Of a stretch of 64,000 nucleotides of DNA, positions 32,743 to 40,524 are shown piece by piece. The translations under genes and the position numbers were made by a program. How positions within the stretch are numbered: the first letter of the stretch is position 1; each line of letters starts with the position of its first letter. The stretch is from contig PVXE01000015.1 in assembly GCA_014444615.1 (NCBI GenBank), positions 12,124-76,123 of the forward strand. Direction: 5' to 3'. The DNA comes from Tagaea sp. CACIAM 22H2 (lineage in GTDB: Bacteria; Pseudomonadota; Alphaproteobacteria; CACIAM-22H2). The notes beneath the pieces were generated by a model. It saw only the letters and a program-made list of their open reading frames with translations, did not search any database and had not been told where the DNA came from.

Positions 32743-35742
32743 TTGCCGACGTTGCGCGTTTCCTTGGCCGTTCTGTCGCTGATGCTGTTGGCGGGCTGCC
32801 AGACCGCCAACACCAATGCGGGCGGCAGCAACGCGCCCAGCGTCGGGCTTTCCAGCGCCAACGAAACCTGCCGCGCGCAAACGCGCAGTTCGGGTGCGCG
32901 CACCGACACGCCGGTCTGGGACGTGCTGTGCGGCGCTTCCGAACGGCCCGTCGGCGCCGTGCACTCGGCGATCGATATGCGCCGGGCGGAGCCTGCGCGC
33001 GCCTTCGCCGATTCGAACGCCTATCGCTCGCTGACCGCGCGCGCCAATTGCCCCGCCCCCGAAACGCTGCGCTTGCCCGATGCGGGCGACATGCTGATCG
33101 CGACTTGCGCGTTGAACGACGGCGGCTGGCCGTGGATCGCCGCCGCTTTGTCGGCCGACGGCAAGCTCGCGGTCGGCGAAGGCACGCCCGGTGCCGCCCC
33201 CGCTTTCGCCGAAGGCATCGCGAACGAGCTGGGCAAGCAAAGCTTCACCGCCAACGACCGGCGCGCCTTGCTGACCGACTTACAGCGCCGCTTGGGTGCC
33301 GAAGCGCTTGCCGCCGGTGCCGCCGCCGGGCGCTATCAGGATTTCGTCGAACTCGCGCGCGTGCAAAACAGCGTGGGCAACCATGCGGGCGCGGAGAAGG
33401 CCTATCGCCAAGCGCTGGATCTGCAAATCCGCGCGATGGGCGCCGAGCACGCGGGCATCGGCACGACGACGACGCTGCTGGCGGTCGAGATTTCCAATCA
33501 AGGCCGCGTCGAGGAAGCCGACGAGTATTTCCGCCGCGCCGAGGCGCTGGTGCTGAAGGCGACCGATCCGGGCGAATATCCGCGCTATCTCACCTATCTG
33601 GGCCTTCACGCCGCCAACCGGCGCGATTGGGGCCGCGCGCTGACCATCGCGCGCGATGCGATCGGGCGCCGGCGCGCGCTGATCGAACAGGCAGGCGGGG
33701 GCATTCCCGCAGCACTCGACACTGCGGGCGATGCCGCGTCGATCTTCGGGTCGACCGTGTTCCTGCAAGCCGAACTCGCGCACGCGCTGATGTTCGCTTC
33801 CGCCATGGCGCAGCGAAACGGCGATCTTGCCTCGGCCGAAACCTATGCGATCGAAGCGCGCCGCATCGTCGAGCAGACGCCGGGCTTGCCTGCCTGGTGG
33901 CGCCCGCAAGCCTGGGGGCAGCTCGGCACCGTGCTTGCCCTGCGCGGCGATTTCCGCGGCGCCGAGCGCTTACTTGCCAACGCGGCCGCCGAGCGCACGC
34001 GGATTTTCGGCGCGACTTGGCCCACCGCCCAAGCGCTGATGGATCTGGGCCGCGCGCAATCCGACGAGGGCCGCTACGCCGAAGCGATCGGCAATTACCG
34101 TCAGGCCTTCGCCATTGCCGCGAACGAAACGCCGGCGCGCGCGCTGACCTTCGAACAGATCCAGCCTTTCCTGGCCGCGGCCGAAGCGCGGGCGCGCGCC
34201 ACCGCCGAGGAACGCGCCACGCTTTACGCCGAAATGTTCGCCGCCGTGCAGATGCTGCGCGACGGGACGCGCGGCCAAGCGGTTACGCGCATGACCGAGC
34301 GCATCGCCGAAGGCGGCGGACGCGCGGGCGAACTCGCGCGGCTGATCGGCGACGCGGCCCAGCGCCGCGACCGTTTGCAGATCGAATTGGCGGTCGAACC
34401 CGGCCGCCAGCGCGACGTGCGGCGCGAAACCAAAGCGCGCGAGGAATTGACGCAGATCCGCGCGACGATCGCGTCGCTCGAATCCGACATGGAACGCGAA
34501 GCGCCAGGCTATGCGCGCTTGGCCAGCGCCAAGCCGGTGGAACCGGGCCGCCTTGCCCAGGCGTTGCGCCCCGGCGAAACGCTGATCAGCTATGTGTCCG
34601 GCCCGGAAGGCGCCTACGCGTTCCTGGTCACCTCGGCCGGCTTGCGCGCCGCGCGTCTCGACACCGACGAAGCCAAACTCGCCGAAGACGTCGCGTCGTT
34701 GCGCGAAGCCTTCAAGGTCACGGACCGCAGCGTGAAGCCGTTCGACCTCGCGCTGTCGCATCGCCTTTATCGTACGCTGCTGTCGCCGTTCGAGGCGGAG
34801 CTGGCCAAGACCGACCAGTTATTCGTCGTCGGCACGGGCCCGCTCGCCAGCTTGCCGTTCGCGGTGCTGACGACCGCGCCTTCGGCACCCAACGATTACG
34901 CGCGGGCACCTTGGCTCGCGCGGCGCATGGCGATTTCCTCGCCGCCCACCGTGCGCGCGTTCCTGGATATGCGCGCGCTCGCCGCCAAGCCCTCCGCACC
35001 CCAGCCGCTGCTCGCCGTCGCCAATCCGGTTTTCGCGGGCGCAGGCGACGGGCTCGGCAAGCTTGCCGATGTTTGCCGCAGCCAAGGTTCCGTGCCCAAC
35101 GCGATGATCCGCGGTCTTGCACCCTTGCCCGAAACCGCCGACGAGGTGCGCCGCGTGGCGACCAGCCTGCGCGCGGGTCCCGACGCGCTGCTGCTGGGGC
35201 CGGACGCCAATGCGGGCAATCTGCGCGCGCGCAATCTGGCCGACTACCGCGTGCTCTATTTCGCCACGCATGGCTTGCTGCCGGGCGAGTTGCGCTGCCA
35301 GGGCCAGCCCGGTTTGGCGCTGACCCCGCCGGCGGCCGAAGCGGCCGACCCCGCCGATGACGGCCTGCTCGAAGCCGCCGAAATCGCCGCGCTGCGGCTC
35401 GACGCCGATCTGGTCGTGCTGTCGGCGTGCAATACGGCCGCGTCGGGCGACCGCTTGGGCGGGGAATCGCTCTCCGGCCTCGCCGAGGCCTTTTTCGCGG
35501 CCGGGGCGCGCGGGCTTCTGGTCACGCATTGGCAAGTGCCCAGCCTCCAAACCGTGACGCTGACGACCGGCATGTTCGACCGGCTGGGCGGCGATTTGAA
35601 ACGCGGCATCGCCCCGGCCCTGCAGGCCGCCCAAATGCGCCTCGCCGACGATCCCGCCACCGCGCACCCCTATTTCTGGGGCGCTTTCGTCCTGCAAGGC
35701 GACGGCGCTTCGCGGGATGCCAAAACCGCCCAAGCACGCTAA
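32743..35742 (+). CDS. Exported TPR-repeat CHAT-domain (caspase-like) lipoprotein
   Basis: Lipobox LLAGC (Cys codon at 32797-32799). The central region is TPR-like (YRQALDLQ..., YFRRAEAL..., NYRQAFAI...). The C-terminal CHAT domain has YFATHG (His codon at 35269-35271) and VLSACNTA (Cys codon at 35428-35430). Start is TTG 32743, or TTG 32752. Confidence 0.85.
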   Translation: MPTLRVSLAVLSLMLLAGCQTANTNAGGSNAPSVGLSSANETCRAQTRSSGARTDTPVWDVLCGASERPVGAVHSAIDMRRAEPARAFADSNAYRSLTARANCPAPETLRLPDAGDMLIATCALNDGGWPWIAAALSADGKLAVGEGTPGAAPAFAEGIANELGKQSFTANDRRALLTDLQRRLGAEALAAGAAAGRYQDFVELARVQNSVGNHAGAEKAYRQALDLQIRAMGAEHAGIGTTTTLLAVEISNQGRVEEADEYFRRAEALVLKATDPGEYPRYLTYLGLHAANRRDWGRALTIARDAIGRRRALIEQAGGGIPAALDTAGDAASIFGSTVFLQAELAHALMFASAMAQRNGDLASAETYAIEARRIVEQTPGLPAWWRPQAWGQLGTVLALRGDFRGAERLLANAAAERTRIFGATWPTAQALMDLGRAQSDEGRYAEAIGNYRQAFAIAANETPARALTFEQIQPFLAAAEARARATAEERATLYAEMFAAVQMLRDGTRGQAVTRMTERIAEGGGRAGELARLIGDAAQRRDRLQIELAVEPGRQRDVRRETKAREELTQIRATIASLESDMEREAPGYARLASAKPVEPGRLAQALRPGETLISYVSGPEGAYAFLVTSAGLRAARLDTDEAKLAEDVASLREAFKVTDRSVKPFDLALSHRLYRTLLSPFEAELAKTDQLFVVGTGPLASLPFAVLTTAPSAPNDYARAPWLARRMAISSPPTVRAFLDMRALAAKPSAPQPLLAVANPVFAGAGDGLGKLADVCRSQGSVPNAMIRGLAPLPETADEVRRVATSLRAGPDALLLGPDANAGNLRARNLADYRVLYFATHGLLPGELRCQGQPGLALTPPAAEAADPADDGLLEAAEIAALRLDADLVVLSACNTAASGDRLGGESLSGLAEAFFAAGARGLLVTHWQVPSLQTVTLTTGMFDRLGGDLKRGIAPALQAAQMRLADDPATAHPYFWGAFVLQGDGASRDAKTAQAR

Positions 35743-35751
35743 GATACGGCC

Positions 35752-36456
35752 ATGCGTTTCGGACCCGCCCTGGCCCTCGCCGCCGCTTTGTTCCTGGCCG
35801 CCCCGCTTGCGGGCGCCAATGAATTGGTCGTGCTGGATGCCAAGGGCGTGGATCTGACGCCCGGCGCCAAGCTCGACGGCAAAGCGAAGCTGACCCTCGC
35901 GGCGGGTGCCCGCCTGACGCTGGTCGCCGCCGACGGCCGCACGATCAAGCTCAAAGGCCCTTACGACGACAGCCCCGCCCCCGGCCAAGCCGAGCAGGCG
36001 AATATGGGCGACGCGCTCAAAAACCTGATGAGCCAGCGCGGTTCCGGCACGGCCCAGCTCGGTGTGGTGCGCGCGGGCGGCGAAGGGGCCGATCTGCCCG
36101 AGCCTTGGGTGCTCGACGTCGCGCGCTCGGGCCCGCGCTGCTTGCCCGCCAATGTGGCGCCGGTGTTGTGGGGCCCGCGTTTCGGCGAAGCGACCGAACT
36201 CAAGATCGAGCCCGCCGACCGGTCCTGGCGCGCCAAGGGCAGCTGGCCGATCGATCAGGATCGTCTGGCGCTGCCGCCCAGCATTCCCATTTCCGACGGC
36301 ACGACCTATCAGGTCGATGTCGGCGGCAACCCGGCAGCCATCGTCGTGTTCCGCATTCCCGCCGCCCTGGCCGATCCGGTCGCGCAAGCCGCCTGGATGC
36401 TCGAAAAGGGCTGCGAGGATCAGGTACGCGCGCTGGCGCGCGTGGCGTCCCGCTAA
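35752..36456 (+). CDS. Secreted hypothetical protein (234 aa), weakly FecR-like
   Basis: Signal peptide MRFGPALALAAALFLAAPLAGA|NE. The segment VLDAKGVDLTPGAKLDGKAKLTLAAGARLTLVAADGRTIKL resembles FecR-domain beta strands. This is a weak impression only. Confidence 0.65.
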   Translation: MRFGPALALAAALFLAAPLAGANELVVLDAKGVDLTPGAKLDGKAKLTLAAGARLTLVAADGRTIKLKGPYDDSPAPGQAEQANMGDALKNLMSQRGSGTAQLGVVRAGGEGADLPEPWVLDVARSGPRCLPANVAPVLWGPRFGEATELKIEPADRSWRAKGSWPIDQDRLALPPSIPISDGTTYQVDVGGNPAAIVVFRIPAALADPVAQAAWMLEKGCEDQVRALARVASR

Positions 36457-36489
36457 CCGCACTCTCCCTGGACCGGAAATAAGAGCGAC

Positions 36490-38490
36490 ATGGCGCTGGG
36501 TGAAAACGCGAAGCGTGTCGTCGCCTCGCTGCTGATCGCGGCATTCGCGACGATCGCAACCTACGGGGTCTTCCAGCTTTTCCCGTTCCTCGCGACGGCC
36601 GAACGCTGGACGATCGATTTCCGTATTTCGAACCTGTCGCCGCCCGAGCCGCAGCACCCGGACATCGTGCTGGCCGCGATCACGGAAGAATCGCTGGCGC
36701 AATTCCCCTATCGCTCGCCCGTCGACCGCGAATTCCTGGCCAAGACGCTGCGCATCCTGGAGGCCAAGGGCGCCAAAGCGCTGCTGATCGACGTGCTCTT
36801 CGATCAGGAGACGGAGCCCGAGAAGGACGACATGCTGCGCGAGACCCTCGCGGCGCTGAAAATCCCCTTCGCGATCAGCTATTCGGACTCGCCGCTCTAC
36901 GTGACCGAGGAGCAGCTCGAATATCTCAACGATTTCGTGAAGCCGGAATGGCGCGGGCTCGCGGATATCGAACCCGATATCCGCGACGGCATCATCCGCT
37001 TCGTTCCGCCCGCGCGCGATTTGAAGGAAGGCATCAACGTTCCCAACGTCGCCGCGCGCGTCGCCGAACGCTTGGGCGTCACCATTCCGCGCGATCAACG
37101 CCGCATCGCCTGGCGCGGCGAGCCCGATATGGAAACGCCGTCGTTCCGCTCCTTCCCCAGCCATGCGGCGGCGGTGCTGCCCGACGCCTGGTTCAAGGAC
37201 AAGATCGTGCTGGTGGGTGCCGATCTGTCGCTGACCGACCGCTATCGCACGCCGTTCTCCATCGGCCGCGATCGCGGCGATAACCGCATGGCGGGGGTGA
37301 TCATCCAGGCGCATATCCTGGCGCAAATGCTGGAAGGCCGCGTCTCGGCCGAAGACCGGTTGTTCTGGCCGCTGGTGATCACCTTGTCGGTCCTCGCCTT
37401 GATCGGCGCCGGCCTTGGCAATACCGGCGTGCCGATCTGGGCCCGTCTTGTCGGCGGTGCCGGCGCCGTCGTCGCGTTGTGGGCCGTGGGCTGGACGCTG
37501 TTTATCGGCAATTATCCGCTCGCCGATTGGGTCGAAGCGTGGATCGGCGGCAAGTCGATCATCATTCCGCTGACCGAGCCAATCGTGGCGCTGGGCCTCG
37601 CCATGTGGCTCAACGACGCGTGGTCGGGGCGCGCGGAACGCCAGCAGAAGAAATTCGTCGAAGGCGTGTTCAGCAAATACGTGTCGGGCGAATTGCTGAA
37701 GGAAATCGTCAAGGACCCGAGCAAGCTCGAACTCACCGCCAGCCGGCGGCCCATGTCGCTGCTTTTCACCGACGTCGCGGGTTTCACCACGCTGTCGGAG
37801 AAGATCACGCCCCAGCACCTCGCCGATCTGCTCAACCGCTATCTCGACGGCGCGTGCAAGGAGCTGTGGAAATACGGCGGCACGGTCAACCAGTTCACCG
37901 GCGACGCGATCTACGCGATGTATAACGCGCCGCGCGAGCAGCCCGACCATCCGCGGATGGCGCTGCTGTCCGCGCTCGACATCGACGCGTTCTCCGAACG
38001 CTTCCGCGCCGAGGAACGCGCCAAGGGTGTGGATTTCGGCGTGACGCGCATCGGCGTGCACACGGCCGAGGCGAACGTGGGCAACTTCGGTTCGACCGAG
38101 CGTTTCGAATTCAAGGCGCTGGGCGACGCGGTCAACACCGCCTCGCGCCTGGAAGGCCTCAACAAGTATTTCGGCACGCGCATCCTGGTCACGCAGCAGA
38201 CCAAGGATTTCTGTTCCGACATTCCGTTCCGCAAAGTCGGCGGCGTGATCGTGAAGGGCAAGACCGAGCCCATTCACGTGTACGAGCCGCTCAGCGCCGA
38301 ACGCGCCAACGACGCGCAGACGCAAAGCTACAACGCCGCCTATGCGTTGATGCGCGACAAAAGCCCCGAGGCGCTCGCCGCGTTCGAGAAGCATTGCGCC
38401 GAATTCCCCGAAGACAGCCTCGCGCAATACCATGTCGAACGCCTGCGCGAAGGCGAGAACGGCGACGTCTTCGCGATGGCGGAGAAGTAA
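36490..38490 (+). CDS. CHASE2 sensor-domain class III adenylate/guanylate cyclase
   Basis: N-terminal TM, then an extracytoplasmic CHASE2 domain (ITEESLAQFPYRSPVDREFLAKTL...LIDVLFDQ), then 3 TM segments, then a cyclase domain (LLFTDVAGFTTLSE, GGTVNQFTGDAIYAMY, GDAVNTASRLEG). Confidence 0.9.
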   Translation: MALGENAKRVVASLLIAAFATIATYGVFQLFPFLATAERWTIDFRISNLSPPEPQHPDIVLAAITEESLAQFPYRSPVDREFLAKTLRILEAKGAKALLIDVLFDQETEPEKDDMLRETLAALKIPFAISYSDSPLYVTEEQLEYLNDFVKPEWRGLADIEPDIRDGIIRFVPPARDLKEGINVPNVAARVAERLGVTIPRDQRRIAWRGEPDMETPSFRSFPSHAAAVLPDAWFKDKIVLVGADLSLTDRYRTPFSIGRDRGDNRMAGVIIQAHILAQMLEGRVSAEDRLFWPLVITLSVLALIGAGLGNTGVPIWARLVGGAGAVVALWAVGWTLFIGNYPLADWVEAWIGGKSIIIPLTEPIVALGLAMWLNDAWSGRAERQQKKFVEGVFSKYVSGELLKEIVKDPSKLELTASRRPMSLLFTDVAGFTTLSEKITPQHLADLLNRYLDGACKELWKYGGTVNQFTGDAIYAMYNAPREQPDHPRMALLSALDIDAFSERFRAEERAKGVDFGVTRIGVHTAEANVGNFGSTERFEFKALGDAVNTASRLEGLNKYFGTRILVTQQTKDFCSDIPFRKVGGVIVKGKTEPIHVYEPLSAERANDAQTQSYNAAYALMRDKSPEALAAFEKHCAEFPEDSLAQYHVERLREGENGDVFAMAEK

Positions 38491-38493
38491 GGC

Positions 38494-39207
38494 CTAAGCC
38501 TTCAAACGCCAGGGGCGCGAATCGGTTCCGCGCACCACGCCGAACAGTTTGTCGAACGCGGCCATGCCCGATGGCGTGACGCTGAGCGCGCGGCTGTCGC
38601 GCGACCGGCGCACCCAGCCTTGATCCAGGCAATGGCGGCAGAGTGCCGCCCCCAAGCGCCCGGCGAGATGGGAGCGGCGCTCGCTCCAATCCAGGCAAGG
38701 CCGGCAAGTGAGCGGAGTCTCGTCCGGTGCGTTAAGGCCCAATCGCGCGAAGAACGCGGCGCCCGAATTCGTCAGCGTCGCGGATTCGTCGTCGAGCACG
38801 ACATGGCCGCGTTCGACCAGCGAATCCGCCAGCGCCACGCCCAAACGCCCGGCGATATGGTCGTAGCAGGTGCGCGCCGCACGCAAATTCGCATCACGCG
38901 GGCCGGTGCGCAAAGCAGACGCGCCGCGCGATTCCGCCGCGACCTTCATCAGGCTTTCGAGCATTTCGGCGATCCGCGCCGAGGCGAGGCGATGATAGCG
39001 GTGCCGCCCTTGCGCGCGGATCGTCACCAGCCCCGCCTTGGCGAGCTTGGCCAAATGCCCGCTGGCGGTCTGCGGCGCCACGTTGGCGGCGCGCGCCAAT
39101 TCACCCGACGTTAGCGCGCGCCCGTCCATCAATTCGAGCAGCATCGACGCGCGCGCGGGATCGCCAGCGAGCGACGCGATTTCGGCAACGGAAGCGATGG
39201 TCACCAT
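38494..39207 (-). CDS. ArsR/SmtB-family winged-helix regulator with a C-terminal extension
   Basis: LAGDPARASMLLELMDGRALTSGELARAANVAPQTASGHLAKLAKAGLV. Confidence 0.8.
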   Translation of the reverse strand: MVTIASVAEIASLAGDPARASMLLELMDGRALTSGELARAANVAPQTASGHLAKLAKAGLVTIRAQGRHRYHRLASARIAEMLESLMKVAAESRGASALRTGPRDANLRAARTCYDHIAGRLGVALADSLVERGHVVLDDESATLTNSGAAFFARLGLNAPDETPLTCRPCLDWSERRSHLAGRLGAALCRHCLDQGWVRRSRDSRALSVTPSGMAAFDKLFGVVRGTDSRPWRLKA

Positions 39208-39279
39208 GCGCCCAATCTAGCACGAGGACGGGCGCGATAGTTCGGCGGCGGCCGTAACGTTCCCGGCCCGAACGCGGCG

Positions 39280-40524
39280 ATGGTGGCCCCCATGAAAACG
39301 ATCTTTTATGGCTGGCGCGTCGTCGCCGGCGCGTTCGTCGTCGCGATGTTCGGCTGGGGCATCGGCTTCTACGCGCCGTCGGTCTATCTGCAGGCGACGA
39401 TCGAAAAGCATGGCTGGCCGATCAGCCTCGTCTCCGCCGCCATCACGTTTCATTTCGCGTTGGGCGCTTTGGCGGTCGCGCAGCTGCCGCGCCTGCACAA
39501 GCGCTTCGGCGTCGCGCGCGTCACGCTGGCCGGTGCCGTGTCGCTCGCCGTCGGCGTAATCGGCTGGGCGCATGCCGACGCGCCTTGGCATGTGTTCGCC
39601 GCCGCGATTCTATCGGGTACTGGCTGGGTCGCGTTGGGGGCGGCGGGCGTCAACGCCATCGTATCGCCGTGGTTCGAACGGCGCCGGCCGGCGGCTTTGT
39701 CCACCGCCTATAACGGGGCCAGCGTCGGCGGCACGTTATTCACGCCGCTTTGGGTCGCCGCCATCGCCGCCTTCGGCTTCGCCGCCGCGTCGATCGGGAT
39801 CGGCATCGCGATGGTCGCGATCATCGCGGCTCTGGCCGCAACGGTGCTGCGCGCGACACCCGCGGCGATGGGGTTGCGCCCGGACGGCGACGACGCGGCG
39901 CAGGCGGCACAAGCCGCCAAGCGGACCGAGCCTGCGCGCGTCGTAAGCTTCCGCCACGACCGCGCTTTCGTGACCCTCGCCGCCGGTATGGCGCTGGGCC
40001 TGTTCGCGCAGATCGGCCTGATTGCGCATCTATACTCGCTGCTCGTCCCCGCCTTGGGCGCACAGATGGCGGCCTTCGCGGCGGCGCTGTCGACCGTTTG
40101 CGCCATTCTGGGCCGTACCGCGATGGGCTGGTTGATGACGCCCGCCACCGACCGGCGCGCGGCCGCCGCCGCGAACTACGCGATGCAGTGCTTGGGCTGC
40201 GTCGCGTTCCTAGTGGCGCAAGGCGACAGCGTCGTCTGGCTGTTCGCGGGCGTGATGCTGGTCGGATTTGGCATCGGCAACACCACGTCGTTGCCGCCGC
40301 TGATCGCGCAGATCGAATTCGCCAAAGCCGATGTCGCGAAGGCCGTGGCGTTGTCGGTCGCCATCGGCCAAGGCGCCTATGCGTTCGCACCTTTCGCTTT
40401 CGGCCTGCTGCGCGAGATGGGCGGCGATTGGCGCGTGTTCGCCGTCGCCATCGCGATCTATCTGGTCGCGGCTGGCTGCTATCTCGCCGGACGCGCTAGC
40501 GCGCCCAGACGCGGTCGAGCTTGA
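39280..40524 (+). CDS. MFS transporter
   Basis: 414 aa with about 12 hydrophobic spans. It is divergent from the ArsR gene. The alternative start is MKT at 39292. Confidence 0.8.
   Translation: MVAPMKTIFYGWRVVAGAFVVAMFGWGIGFYAPSVYLQATIEKHGWPISLVSAAITFHFALGALAVAQLPRLHKRFGVARVTLAGAVSLAVGVIGWAHADAPWHVFAAAILSGTGWVALGAAGVNAIVSPWFERRRPAALSTAYNGASVGGTLFTPLWVAAIAAFGFAAASIGIGIAMVAIIAALAATVLRATPAAMGLRPDGDDAAQAAQAAKRTEPARVVSFRHDRAFVTLAAGMALGLFAQIGLIAHLYSLLVPALGAQMAAFAAALSTVCAILGRTAMGWLMTPATDRRAAAAANYAMQCLGCVAFLVAQGDSVVWLFAGVMLVGFGIGNTTSLPPLIAQIEFAKADVAKAVALSVAIGQGAYAFAPFAFGLLREMGGDWRVFAVAIAIYLVAAGCYLAGRASAPRRGRA

Noticed and set aside
32743-35742. TPR-CHAT as a type III-E CRISPR (Csx29/Craspase-like) or other cytoplasmic defence protease
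   Set aside because: There is no CRISPR array and no cas or gRAMP gene in the window. The protein has a lipoprotein signal peptide, so it is exported.
34819-38433. 1204-aa minus-strand ORF antisense to the CHAT, secreted-protein and CHASE2-cyclase genes
   Set aside because: It is a low-complexity Arg/Gly/Ala/Asp translation that spans three well-supported plus-strand genes and their spacers. It is a GC-driven artefact.
36490-38490. Cyclase plus cNMP-binding protein as a Pycsar/CBASS-like antiphage module
   Set aside because: The cyclase is a membrane receptor with an extracytoplasmic CHASE2 sensor. The cNMP-binding protein has no TM, TIR or nuclease effector domain. The context is secretion and envelope, not a defence island. 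Only the unusual specificity residue keeps the product identity open.
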